Shown here: positions 50,692 through 59,403 of the stretch, piece by piece
Numbering within the stretch: position 1 is the stretch's first letter
Layout of the letters: every line of letters begins with the position of its first letter
IMG/VR virus record: IMGVR_UViG_3300029787_000010
Span: 40,981 to 104,980 of that record
Length of the DNA stretch: 64,000 bases
Strand: one strand, 5' to 3'
Origin: a virus
Program-made: the position numbers and the translations under genes
The notes under the pieces: model-generated
What the model was told of the DNA's origin: nothing
What the model saw: the letters and a program-made list of their open reading frames with translations, nothing else
The model's database searches: none

Positions 50692-50943
50692 CTATTGTTG
50701 TGAAATACGGGTGTAAATCCCCGTAGCGAGTAGAATCGCACCCATCATAGCGCCCATCATGTAAGCCATCATGTCCGATGAGAGTTTTCCCGAGCCGGTC
50801 AAGAGCACCAATGATAGCGTAACGATGATGGTCAGCACCTGTACCATCACCATGTCTACAATGACGCTCTTCTTTGGAGCAAAAATATCACGCGTTGACA
50901 TGGCAAAGCCATGGTAAATTCCGGGCATACCTCGGTCATTCAT
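50692..50943 (-). CDS. Small two-TM membrane protein (holin-like size)
   Basis: Two hydrophobic helices (VIVDMVMVQVLTIIVTLSLVLL; MMAYMMGAMMGAILLATGIY). Confidence 0.7.
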   Translation of the reverse strand: MNDRGMPGIYHGFAMSTRDIFAPKKSVIVDMVMVQVLTIIVTLSLVLLTGSGKLSSDMMAYMMGAMMGAILLATGIYTRISQQ

Positions 50944-50944
50944 T

Positions 50945-51592
50945 TCATCGTCCTCCCATCATACTGCGGGCAAAGGAACCAACGCCTCCGCCCACCTTTT
51001 GCATCATACCTTCGTCAGCCAAGGCTGCTTGGAGCGCACCGCCCATCATTGATTGTTGGGCCATCGCAAGTATTTGCTGTTGCTGCATCTCCATTTGCTG
51101 GATATTTTGCTGACTGGCACTTTGCATTTGATTGAATTGATTGGTGACATTCTCCGCACTCATGGTTTGAAGGTTGGAAGGGAGGGAAGTTACATCCATT
51201 TTCATGGTCCCATCGTCTTCATTGATAACAAAAGTAGCGTTTTTCATCACTTCCAGCACTGAAAAACTGACAAGGTCGTTCAACATTTGAACGAGTGTCG
51301 CCATTTGGGCTGACGCTACGAACCTGTCCATGGGTGCGACGGAGCGCATAAGTGCCAGTTGAATCTCAGCCTCGCTTGGAGGGGTAATAGGCTGCTGCAT
51401 CATACCCGGATTCATACCCATACCCTGCATCATACTGCCTCCAAAAGCACTTTGACCAAAGTTTTGCATGGTGCTTGGGGGCTGTTGATTGAAGCCAAAG
51501 GGCTGTTGAGGGGAATTGGTAGGTGCACCGAGGTTCAAGGCGCTATTTTGTTGCTGATTGTTGCCAAATAACATGTTTTCACCTACTTTCAC
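50945..51592 (-). CDS. Q/M/G-rich low-complexity protein
   Basis: 215 aa (probable ATG start at MLFGNN); amphipathic C-terminus. Confidence 0.7.
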   Translation of the reverse strand: MKVGENMLFGNNQQQNSALNLGAPTNSPQQPFGFNQQPPSTMQNFGQSAFGGSMMQGMGMNPGMMQQPITPPSEAEIQLALMRSVAPMDRFVASAQMATLVQMLNDLVSFSVLEVMKNATFVINEDDGTMKMDVTSLPSNLQTMSAENVTNQFNQMQSASQQNIQQMEMQQQQILAMAQQSMMGGALQAALADEGMMQKVGGGVGSFARSMMGGR

Positions 51593-52572
51593 ACTTGCCC
51601 TTGCACCGACTGAGGACCATTCTCCTCTTCAACCTGTTGGACAGGAGGGGCACTGGGCAGCGTAATACCCATTTTACCCACTGCATCAAGTATGCCGGGT
51701 TGAGTATTTTGGTCAATTTGACCCAATTCTTGCTGAAAAATCCTCAAATCAAAGACAACCATGGTCACATCGTTCATTTTTGACACCGGATTTTGGTAAT
51801 GAAGGATAGAAATACCGCTTGTTTGGCGTGAATCCTGCTCTAATTGCTTGAAAAAAGCCTCATATTTGGACAAAAATTGGGGTGTATTGTCCTTCTTTTT
51901 GACCATAGAGATGGGTACAGCGACCGTAGAAACGCCTTTTTTGACCATTTCTCGCATACCGGACTTGCTGGAAAGGCGAACTTTGTCGTTTTCATCCTCC
52001 CATTTGCACAACAAATGGTACAAATGGAGGTGTTCGGGGCAATAAGTACCCCGCATACTGCGCCCATCAGTCACATTTTCTTTGGCTACGAACGCTTGAA
52101 CCTCTCCAGACACTGGATTTTTCCAATAAAGGTCCCAAAGGCTCTCACCAGTGCCCTCATCGCATATTTTTGAGTACAAATTGTCGTATTTGATGAGTTC
52201 AACGCAGTCACAACCGTCCACAACGCATCGCTCATGCTGTTTATTGTACCTGTACTTCATTCCAAGCCACCGAAGTGGGTTAAAAATGCTCCTTTTGCTG
52301 GGTCGGAGCAACTTTCGGGCCTGCTTGATGTCTTTTTTGCGGGCTTTGCGTGAATCGGGGTGCCGACTGGGGTAAAAATTGACTTTTGGTACCTCAATGT
52401 TGCTTTTTACAGCCGCTTCACGCATTCCTTGCTGCGCACCCTGCATTTCAAGCAGTTGTTCGTGGGTAAGGTTGCCCTGTTGCGATAATGCGACCATTTG
52501 ATTGGCATCAAGTGCGTACAAATTGCCATTTCTTTGTTGTGGGACTTGCCCATACCGTCTTAATCCATTCAT
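51589..52572 (-). CDS. Hypothetical protein with Cys/His metal-binding motif
   Basis: 'CVVDGC...YCPEH'; basic amphipathic 'SIFNPLRWLG'; directly downstream of the GTPase. Confidence 0.7.
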   Translation of the reverse strand: MNGLRRYGQVPQQRNGNLYALDANQMVALSQQGNLTHEQLLEMQGAQQGMREAAVKSNIEVPKVNFYPSRHPDSRKARKKDIKQARKLLRPSKRSIFNPLRWLGMKYRYNKQHERCVVDGCDCVELIKYDNLYSKICDEGTGESLWDLYWKNPVSGEVQAFVAKENVTDGRSMRGTYCPEHLHLYHLLCKWEDENDKVRLSSKSGMREMVKKGVSTVAVPISMVKKKDNTPQFLSKYEAFFKQLEQDSRQTSGISILHYQNPVSKMNDVTMVVFDLRIFQQELGQIDQNTQPGILDAVGKMGITLPSAPPVQQVEEENGPQSVQGQV

Positions 52573-52583
52573 TTGTGTTCACC

Positions 52584-53300
52584 TCATGTTGAAAGCAAGT
52601 CTACCATCGTATTTTCTACATTCCAGCCTATTCGGGTGGCCATCATACCCCTTCGGGTAGGTATGCCGGCTTTTTGTAAACGAATAAGGTCTTCCCGAAA
52701 TGGGTCAAAAATACGATGTTCTCCAAGGCGCTGTTGTTGCCACAGAGTATTCGCTTGCTCATCCCACCACTTATCCGCCTTATTGGCGACTAAAAGAATG
52801 ACTTTCGGCGTGTATTTTTTGCCTTTTAGCCAACTTTTTAGATTTCTGTACCGATATTGGCGATAAATGAGAGCGTCTACCAAGAATTTGAAGCCACCAA
52901 CGGCATCAATGGTCGTGTCACCCCCCGCCGAAGCCCTGTCATCAAACATAAACACCACCGCTTCTACCCTTCTGTTGACCATATCATCAACCCAAAGGTT
53001 CCAAAAACGCTGTTCACCACCCAAATCAGCCGAATGAATGACACGGGTTTCACCCTTGTACTTGACTCGCTTACGACTGGGGCGAGGGAGAAGGAATTTT
53101 CCAAGCACCTTTGTGTGTGTAGTACGCTTGTCAAGTGCAATATCCTCCATTTCACCGGGTGTAGTCAAGTATTTGTCCAATGTCGTCTTACCAGCCATCG
53201 GTGGTCCGTAAATACCAACACGGCGGGGAATCCAATAGTGGTAAAGTTCTTTGGCAAAAATAACGCCACCTACCATTGCGGAGCCCGCTGCTGCACTCAT
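52584..53300 (-). CDS. Small Ras-superfamily GTPase, Arf/Sar1-like
   Basis: G1 GPPMAGKTT, G2 RTT, G3 DLGGEQRFWNLW, 'VEAVVFMFD', G4 LLVANKAD, G5-like MATRIGWNVE; hydrophobic N-terminal helix. Confidence 0.85.
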   Translation of the reverse strand: MSAAAGSAMVGGVIFAKELYHYWIPRRVGIYGPPMAGKTTLDKYLTTPGEMEDIALDKRTTHTKVLGKFLLPRPSRKRVKYKGETRVIHSADLGGEQRFWNLWVDDMVNRRVEAVVFMFDDRASAGGDTTIDAVGGFKFLVDALIYRQYRYRNLKSWLKGKKYTPKVILLVANKADKWWDEQANTLWQQQRLGEHRIFDPFREDLIRLQKAGIPTRRGMMATRIGWNVENTMVDLLST

Positions 53301-53542
53301 TCAAACCAGCCCATGACTTCATTGGCCATCCAATTGACAGTGTGTTCCCAAAAACTCCAATTGTTGTGGTACTCAAACGCACTAATTGCCAACGCACTGA
53401 TGAATGAAAAAATAATCGTCTTAACCCATCCCCATGTGCGCTCATAGGCAGTGTCCAAAGTGTTGGCCATGTGAATAGCACGGAGCGTTGACTCCGTCGC
53501 ATCATCACTTGGCGTTTTGAACAGCCAGCCCACAGACCTCAC
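53297..53542 (-). CDS. Small membrane protein (one TM plus Trp-rich amphipathic tail)
   Basis: 'WGWVKTIIFSFISALAISAF'; overlaps both neighbours by 4 nt. Confidence 0.7.
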   Translation of the reverse strand: MRSVGWLFKTPSDDATESTLRAIHMANTLDTAYERTWGWVKTIIFSFISALAISAFEYHNNWSFWEHTVNWMANEVMGWFE

Positions 53543-54075
53543 TCCTTCTTCTTGAATTTACCATCAGCGCCACGGTTGGCGCTGGTGTCTTTGTCGTCAA
53601 ACGATACGCCCAAATCAAGAGTTTTATCACCTTTCTCGGGATTAAATGAACCTGTGTCAAGCGAGATGGGGTCGGAGAGGTTCATCGGTGGTATTTTGCC
53701 GGGATTGTTTTCCATCCAACGAAGTTCTTGCTCAAGTTGTGCCTCTTGCATTCGCAACTCCATGTCCTGTCGTCGCCGTTCAAAGGTCATTTCCATAGAG
53801 CGGTATCGGTTCCTGCGCTCTCGTTCCATTTCGGATTGCCGAGCCTTGTCATCCATGCCCTGTTGAAAGAACATTTTGAAGAAGTAGTAGGCAATGCCTT
53901 GAACAAAGAAAGCGCCCATCGCATAGGTGAAAGCGTTCAACATTGTACTTTCTAAATCAATCCAAATACCGGCGTTAAAAACACCTATGGCAAGTCCGAC
54001 ATTTAACGACTGCATGAGGATAAGCCCCATCAGCCGGATTTCACTTTGGTCAACGCTTTGGCTACCGCTTGTCAT
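53539..54075 (-). CDS. Two-TM membrane protein with cytoplasmic coiled coil
   Basis: Two hydrophobic segments followed by an E/R/Q/M heptad region. Confidence 0.75.
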   Translation of the reverse strand: MTSGSQSVDQSEIRLMGLILMQSLNVGLAIGVFNAGIWIDLESTMLNAFTYAMGAFFVQGIAYYFFKMFFQQGMDDKARQSEMERERRNRYRSMEMTFERRRQDMELRMQEAQLEQELRWMENNPGKIPPMNLSDPISLDTGSFNPEKGDKTLDLGVSFDDKDTSANRGADGKFKKKE

Positions 54076-54084
54076 GCAATCCTC

Positions 54085-54120
54085 TCATATAACCCCAAAA
54101 TGCACAAGGACATAAAACCT
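54085..54120 (-). promoter_or_regulatory. Putative promoter of the GTPase operon
   Basis: AGGTTTTATG and TTATAT within a 92-bp gap; GAGAGG before ATG 54075. Confidence 0.4.
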
Positions 54121-54167
54121 TCTAAGGTGGGCTGTACGCTGAGAGGTAGCGAAACAGCCCTTGAGTA

Positions 54168-55313
54168 TCAGTCTTCCTTGTCCTTTTTGTCGTCCCGCTT
54201 ACCGTTGGTAGACGGGCCGGGGCCGGCTTTGGAACCAATGACGATGACCATGCCGTGAGCAGGCTTTTTCTTTTTGTCATCATCGGCTTTCGTCATGCAA
54301 TGCATTTTGTTGACGCAGCCTTTCTTGCCACAGCGTTCGCACACACTGGCTTTCATAATGTTGCGTTCCATTACACCCAAGGTGGAGTTGATGAGATTGT
54401 TTCCAAGTGACATAGGCGTCCCCTTCTGTTTGATGGAAGGGGCCTGCATATTTGATGATGTCGGAGCCGACTGGAATTGCTTGCCTTGGAAAATATCCTT
54501 GTCAGCCATACCGCTCACACCGACATTTTGCACACCGCCAACGCCGCCGGACTGTTGGCCTGCGAGTTGAAAGCCCTGTTGACCGCCTTGTCCTGCACCA
54601 AAGCCGGCCACGGCTCCTGTTGTACCTGCCGCAAAGTTTGGAAATTCTGTATCTGTAGGCGAAAACGGACCCATTCCCAACGCCATCATAAGTTCGGGAG
54701 CATAAGCGGCGGCGGCACCAGCGCCAGTGGCTCCGGTCATGACAGCACCCCGTTTTGCACGCTGACCCAATGTCAACGGAGCGACTGGCGCTTGTGCTCT
54801 CGGAGCCAACCTTGCAGCCCGTGCTTGGGCAGCATTGAAGGCTTGACGCTGAGCACCAAGTTGAGAAGGAGAAACATAGGGGGCTACATCACCAAAGGCA
54901 TAACCAATTTCGGGATTATCTCGCTGTAACATGCCCCTTCGCTGCTGAGCAGACAACGCTTGATGGCGGGCCGCAGCCTCAGCCGCCTCCTTTTCTGCGG
55001 CTTCTCGTGCTGCTGCACGCTTTGCTGCACGGCGGCCGCCAAACCTCCGGGCCAAAAAGCCCCCACCCTTGACGGGGACAACGCCCTCGGCAAATCCCGA
55101 ACCAAATTCAGCAAGGTTGCTACCGAGTGAATCATTACCTTCTGCAACGGCTGTACCGAGGATTGGCTCGGACACTTCGTTTCGCTTAAGGTTTTGAGCG
55201 CCACGGAAGCCGCCGTAAAGTGCCATCGCCGCCGGAACGAGAAACGGAGCCACCTTCTCCACACGATGCCCTTCTTCAAGGACAGACCAAGCGGCGTCAG
55301 TTGGACTCAGCAT
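54168..55313 (-). CDS. Tagged-family protein, A/G-rich, with C-terminal Cys cluster
   Basis: Probable start ATG 55313 (MLSPTDAAWSVLE); 'NIMK|ASVCERCGKKGCVNKMHC'. Confidence 0.7.
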   Translation of the reverse strand: MLSPTDAAWSVLEEGHRVEKVAPFLVPAAMALYGGFRGAQNLKRNEVSEPILGTAVAEGNDSLGSNLAEFGSGFAEGVVPVKGGGFLARRFGGRRAAKRAAAREAAEKEAAEAAARHQALSAQQRRGMLQRDNPEIGYAFGDVAPYVSPSQLGAQRQAFNAAQARAARLAPRAQAPVAPLTLGQRAKRGAVMTGATGAGAAAAYAPELMMALGMGPFSPTDTEFPNFAAGTTGAVAGFGAGQGGQQGFQLAGQQSGGVGGVQNVGVSGMADKDIFQGKQFQSAPTSSNMQAPSIKQKGTPMSLGNNLINSTLGVMERNIMKASVCERCGKKGCVNKMHCMTKADDDKKKKPAHGMVIVIGSKAGPGPSTNGKRDDKKDKED

Positions 55314-55548
55314 GCAACCAGTTACCCCCATGTTTCATTTTTTCATAAGCCTGTCGCAACATCATGTACTGCTCTTGAGCATCCACAAGGTCGGCGAGCA
55401 ACACATCGTTGCCGTCGCAAGCCTCCTCCAACATGTCAATGATGTCAGCGTAGTGGTCAAGCAAGTCCTGCATGATTTGCAGATGGTCTTCCAGCGTAAG
55501 CACGAACTGAAAGCCCCAACTGTCAAAGGGATATTCGGTCATCACCAC
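55297..55548 (-). CDS. Small acidic helical protein
   Basis: 83 aa; fills the gap between flanking genes; AGGTGAG upstream. Confidence 0.55.
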   Translation of the reverse strand: MVMTEYPFDSWGFQFVLTLEDHLQIMQDLLDHYADIIDMLEEACDGNDVLLADLVDAQEQYMMLRQAYEKMKHGGNWLHAESN

Positions 55549-56819
55549 TCACCTTTGAGGAGGCGGAACGAAAGGTCCATCGGTTCGCCGGTTGTGAAAT
55601 ATCCGCCAAAAGGTACGCCTTGAAAAGTGGGTTCTTCTTGGAGTTGCCCTGCGTGGTCCATTATCCGAATATAATTGGCTTGGGGGCGGTCGCGGGGGCC
55701 TTCTGCAAGAAGTTCGTCCATGAAATTTTCGTACTGTGGCATGACTGTGACTTTAGGGACACTTGGAATTGTAGGTAAGCCGGGCTGAATAACATCTTCA
55801 TGAAACAATTGGTTGAAACTACTCGGATGAATCATGAAGCCCGCCTCGGAACCAATGTCATTTGTGTTGAATACTTGCTGCGGACTGGTACCGTAAAACG
55901 GGAGCGGGCCTTTAGTCCAACCACGCCCGTAGTCAAAAGATGCGTTCGGTTCACCGGGATGATGTGTGGCTGCGTCAATGTTTTCCTCCAATTTGCGCCG
56001 AGCCATTTCTTGATTTTGCGCTGCCCTTGTCGCACGCAGTTTTTCACTTGCACGCTCAACTGCTTCCGGATTAGCAGCGAAGTTTTTGGTCGGTTGTCCA
56101 CGGGCAGGACGACTTTGCTCAAGACGACGGAGTTGTCCTCGTGAAAGCGTTTGTCCGGGCGCTCGCTTGCGGTTAAATTGACGCATCAAGTCTTCTTCAC
56201 GCTGCTCAAACTCATCCATGTCGTCGGGCGAACGCTGGTCCAAGTCAAACTTGAGTAGAAGCCAAGCGATGTCCATAGGGTCGCCCTTGAGGGTACCTCG
56301 CTCTTTGAAGTGGCGGGCCCTGTTGGTGTGAGGGTCTTCGGCGACGAGGGTGTGGTCTTTCGTGTGGCTCATGTCCGGACCTCCTTTACCCTCAATGCCC
56401 CTATGTCGGCGTTCACGCTTGAGTTCTTCCCGATACTTGACACGCTCGGGCGTGGACTCGTACTCGGTGTCGTACTCCAACTTGTGGCGCTTGGCCTCGG
56501 GGCTGACAGGTCGCTTGAGCACCAGTGATTTGACAATCGTTGGCTTCCCGCCGACACCTTGCTTCTTGCTACGCTTCCGCTTGGTTGCCGCACGCTTCTG
56601 CCCTTCGCTCATGGAGCCACTGGTCTTCGGCGTCTTGCTGGACACCTTGACTGACGGGCGGCACTTGGGGTAGCCTTTGCTTCCTTTCTTCGCTTTGGAA
56701 CGACCACATGGCGGGTGCTTACCGTCCTTGTCCTTGCGAGACACATCCACCCACTTCTCCTTGAACCAGCGGTTCAAGTTCTTGCGGACGACGACTTTGC
56801 TCATTTCTTCCCCGCCCAA
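55542..56819 (-). CDS. Modular tagged polyprotein (basic Cys module, HNH-like module, variable module)
   Basis: Modules separated by VVVRK, LVLK, DPMDIAWLLLK and EPMDLSFRLLK; probable start at MSKVVVRK (ATG 56804). Confidence 0.75.
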   Translation of the reverse strand: MGGEEMSKVVVRKNLNRWFKEKWVDVSRKDKDGKHPPCGRSKAKKGSKGYPKCRPSVKVSSKTPKTSGSMSEGQKRAATKRKRSKKQGVGGKPTIVKSLVLKRPVSPEAKRHKLEYDTEYESTPERVKYREELKRERRHRGIEGKGGPDMSHTKDHTLVAEDPHTNRARHFKERGTLKGDPMDIAWLLLKFDLDQRSPDDMDEFEQREEDLMRQFNRKRAPGQTLSRGQLRRLEQSRPARGQPTKNFAANPEAVERASEKLRATRAAQNQEMARRKLEENIDAATHHPGEPNASFDYGRGWTKGPLPFYGTSPQQVFNTNDIGSEAGFMIHPSSFNQLFHEDVIQPGLPTIPSVPKVTVMPQYENFMDELLAEGPRDRPQANYIRIMDHAGQLQEEPTFQGVPFGGYFTTGEPMDLSFRLLKGEW

Positions 56820-57013
56820 GCATCACACACATGGTCAGCACGACAGGTAAAGTCGTACCACTCACAGTACCCCGTCATGGGGTCATCGGTCTTTGAAGAA
56901 TCCCAAGCCTTGCAGTTGCCGCACTTCTTCGGCCCTGTGGCTTTGCGATAATTTGGAGCATCCTCCTTGCCCTTGATGATACGCCAAGCATGTTCAAGGG
57001 CTTCAAGATTCAT
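56801..57013 (-). CDS. Tagged small protein with HiPIP-like Cys pattern
   Basis: 'ALEHAWRIIK' tag, then Y...CGNC...GYC...VCDAW. Confidence 0.7.
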   Translation of the reverse strand: MNLEALEHAWRIIKGKEDAPNYRKATGPKKCGNCKAWDSSKTDDPMTGYCEWYDFTCRADHVCDAWAGKK

Positions 57014-57201
57014 TTCTTCTTCCCCTTCTTTCCTTTGAACTTACCTTTACAGTACTGTACAGCCCATCCGTTAGCATACGCTGAGGGATAAACTTTGAAC
57101 TTACGCTTCGCCGCCGCTTTACCAGCAGGGCACAACTTCTTCTCAAGAAGGTCCCAAGCCGTCTGCATGCCAAAGCAGTGTTCACAGTCGCAATCGGTCA
57201 T
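57010..57201 (-). CDS. Tagged small basic protein (YPSAYANGW module)
   Basis: 'CDCEHCFGMQTAWDLLEK' leader followed by a Lys-rich module. Confidence 0.75.
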   Translation of the reverse strand: MTDCDCEHCFGMQTAWDLLEKKLCPAGKAAAKRKFKVYPSAYANGWAVQYCKGKFKGKKGKKK

Positions 57202-57205
57202 CGTA

Positions 57206-57439
57206 TCACAGTCCGTCCATTAAAACGACATCGCCGTGTGGACTAATTTTCACATTGTCCATGGAAGCAATCAACTTCTTGCACTCAGCCTTGGGTCGGT
57301 CGCAGGCTTTGCAGCAGTCCTCCAACGACGCCGCCCCGCCTTCTTTCTTCAAGCAAGCAATGAGTTTTTTCTTAGCCTCTTCGTCACTTGCGTTCTTTTC
57401 TTCTTTCAACAAGGTCCATGCGGTTTCAAACGGATTCAT
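57206..57439 (-). CDS. Tagged small protein, winged-helix-like
   Basis: 'MNPFETAWTLLK'; then 'LIACLKKEGGAASLEDC...NVKISPHGDVVL'. Confidence 0.75.
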   Translation of the reverse strand: MNPFETAWTLLKEEKNASDEEAKKKLIACLKKEGGAASLEDCCKACDRPKAECKKLIASMDNVKISPHGDVVLMDGL

Positions 57440-57894
57440 GCTCGCTCACTCCTTGCGTCTATCAAATCTTGAAGAGTAGGCCCTCTTTGCGGGCGACCGA
57501 TGGTGCTTTCGCCCGAATCGGGGTCACTGACATAAAAGGAAGAAGGCATTCCTGTCCCTCGTTCCTTTTCTGTTTTATAAGGTAGGTATTGATGAGGTAG
57601 CCTGTGTTCGGGAGCCATCTCCGACATAGAATAAGCACTTTGCCTAAACATGGCCGGTGCGAAAGAAGCGTACTCGCCAGTCAACCCAGCAGGAACAACA
57701 CCCGCCCGCTCCAAGGCCTCGTTGACATCTCTCAATTCTTCATGTTCGTACAGCGTGGAATAGCCGCCCTTGTCAAACCCTTCATCTGCTCTATGTTTCG
57801 GAACAGCAGGCAAGCCCCCGTACTTCTCTGCAAAGGCAAAGTTTTCCCGCTTTAAAAGAAGCCACGCTTGTTCCATTGGGGTCAACAGTTTCAC
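57436..57894 (-). CDS. Tagged hypothetical protein
   Basis: 'TPMEQAWLLLK' near the N-terminus. Confidence 0.7.
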   Translation of the reverse strand: MKLLTPMEQAWLLLKRENFAFAEKYGGLPAVPKHRADEGFDKGGYSTLYEHEELRDVNEALERAGVVPAGLTGEYASFAPAMFRQSAYSMSEMAPEHRLPHQYLPYKTEKERGTGMPSSFYVSDPDSGESTIGRPQRGPTLQDLIDARSERA

Positions 57895-57904
57895 CTCAAA
57901 ACTT

Positions 57905-58336
57905 TCATTCTGTACCCATGTACTGACCTTGTGCGTCCATTGCTAACGCCGCTTCAAGGGCCTCTTCGGGACTTTGTTGATAAAAACTGTAAGGTATTTT
58001 TCCTACCGGGATAGTAGGTTGTCCTCGCTCTAACTCATGGGGGTATGGAATATCCGACCTGTAGCCCGGATTTGAAACAGCAGTTATGTCCCCTGCGCGG
58101 TGAGCCACTGCGGGGTGAACGGTCCTAACATTCCTTGTCATCTCGGTAGATGGTTGACGGCCTCCTGCCATCCCACGAGCGTAAGGGTTGGATTTACCAC
58201 CCGGCTTCGTAGCAGTTTGAGTTATCTGTGGTTTAGGGTCTGCGAAGGCTTCACGAAACCCTTTTTCGTCTTGTTGCCTAAAATCGTCTTGTTTCAATAC
58301 GGTCCACGCTATGTCTATCGGATTCAACAGTTCCAC
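57905..58336 (-). CDS. Tagged hypothetical protein
   Basis: 'NPIDIAWTVLK'; internal 'TVHPAV'. Confidence 0.7.
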   Translation of the reverse strand: MELLNPIDIAWTVLKQDDFRQQDEKGFREAFADPKPQITQTATKPGGKSNPYARGMAGGRQPSTEMTRNVRTVHPAVAHRAGDITAVSNPGYRSDIPYPHELERGQPTIPVGKIPYSFYQQSPEEALEAALAMDAQGQYMGTE

Positions 58337-59118
58337 CTCTTGAGTGATGCTCCCTTGGGAGTGAGTTTACCCTTCTTGCTGGTCGGGCCTTTGACGCCCG
58401 ACATGCGAGCACAGAATGATTTACGACGCTTGGCGGATTTACTACCGGGCTTCAACTTACTCGGCTTCTTGGTGACGGGTGGCTTGAGGTTTGCACCCGT
58501 CTTGCGCTTAGCGGCGGCACGACCTTTAGCGTTCAGCCCGCCTTTCTTGTTATGCTTGTTAGGGTTGTAGCCATGGAATGGCTTGGATTTTTTCTTAGCC
58601 TTCATTAGCGCAAAAGCGTTATCCATCGGCGAACAACAATCGCAGAATGAAACATCGGACCAGTCGGTCTTGGCAACATCTCCTTCACCCATCTGCTGTG
58701 TTGCTAACTGTGTTGCTTCCTCATTGGACATCCCTTGAAGTTTGAAAGCGGCAATCATATCAGCCATTTCTTGAGATATGTTTTGTGGGAATGAGGCAGC
58801 AAAAGACCCACTCATCATTTGTTCAAACTTCCTTGCTTGTTCTTCTCGCTGTGCTTGCGCCGCTCTAATTTCCTCCATAGCCGAATCCATAGGGTTTGGC
58901 TCTTGAGGTTCATCGGTCTTCACATTACCGCCAGCAGAAATCTGTGTGTTGTTGTCACCCGTTATTCTTTGGTTGACATCTCTTTTACTTGTGTCAATAT
59001 GGGGTTCATCGGCTTCGGCGGGCGATAGCGTTGAAAAAGGAATTAGAACACGACGCTTCATCTTTGAAATGCTGGGCGAATGCGACTGAGAGATGACCCT
59101 TACTAAAGCGTCCGCCAT
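58324..59118 (-). CDS. Protein with internal tag and C-terminal very basic module (KRRKSFCARM...SLKRWNC)
   Basis: 'CDCCSPMDNAFALMK|A' separates the acidic N-terminal half from the Lys-rich C-terminal module. Confidence 0.75.
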   Translation of the reverse strand: MADALVRVISQSHSPSISKMKRRVLIPFSTLSPAEADEPHIDTSKRDVNQRITGDNNTQISAGGNVKTDEPQEPNPMDSAMEEIRAAQAQREEQARKFEQMMSGSFAASFPQNISQEMADMIAAFKLQGMSNEEATQLATQQMGEGDVAKTDWSDVSFCDCCSPMDNAFALMKAKKKSKPFHGYNPNKHNKKGGLNAKGRAAAKRKTGANLKPPVTKKPSKLKPGSKSAKRRKSFCARMSGVKGPTSKKGKLTPKGASLKRWNC

Positions 59119-59144
59119 GTGGCGTGACAGCGTGGGTGGCTACA

Positions 59145-59279
59145 TCAAAGTTTCCACATGTGCTCACACTTTGGACATAGCCACGCTACGCCGTGAAGTG
59201 TGCCTCCAGCCTTGGAGTACAATCGTTGAGTAGGTTGTTGCTGACAATAGGGGCAGGCAGGACTTTTGCGCCGTGGCAT
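59145..59279 (-). CDS. 44-aa zinc-finger microprotein (not in ORF track)
   Basis: MPRRKSPACPYCQQQPTQRLYSKAGGTLHGVAWLCPKCEHMWKL; GGTGA upstream. Confidence 0.7.
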   Translation of the reverse strand: MPRRKSPACPYCQQQPTQRLYSKAGGTLHGVAWLCPKCEHMWKL

Positions 59280-59296
59280 GCGTTTCACCGAAAGGG

Positions 59297-59375
59297 GGGA
59301 GAGGCGGTGGAATGAAGAAATACAACAAGTGATTCAGAGCCCAAAAGAACACACAGTGGAGGTACCGCCTCTCCC
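59297..59375. repeat. 12-bp perfect inverted repeat (GGGAGAGGCGGT / ACCGCCTCTCCC) in an intergenic gap
   Basis: Arms at 59297-59308 and 59364-59375. Confidence 0.75.
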
Positions 59376-59403
59376 TTAGTACCCTATGTTCGGCATCCCC
59401 TAC

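Noticed and set aside
59164-59352. 62-aa ORF in the track
   Set aside because: An overlapping frame gives a better gene (CxxC pair, GGTGA site, ATG start) at 59145..59279.
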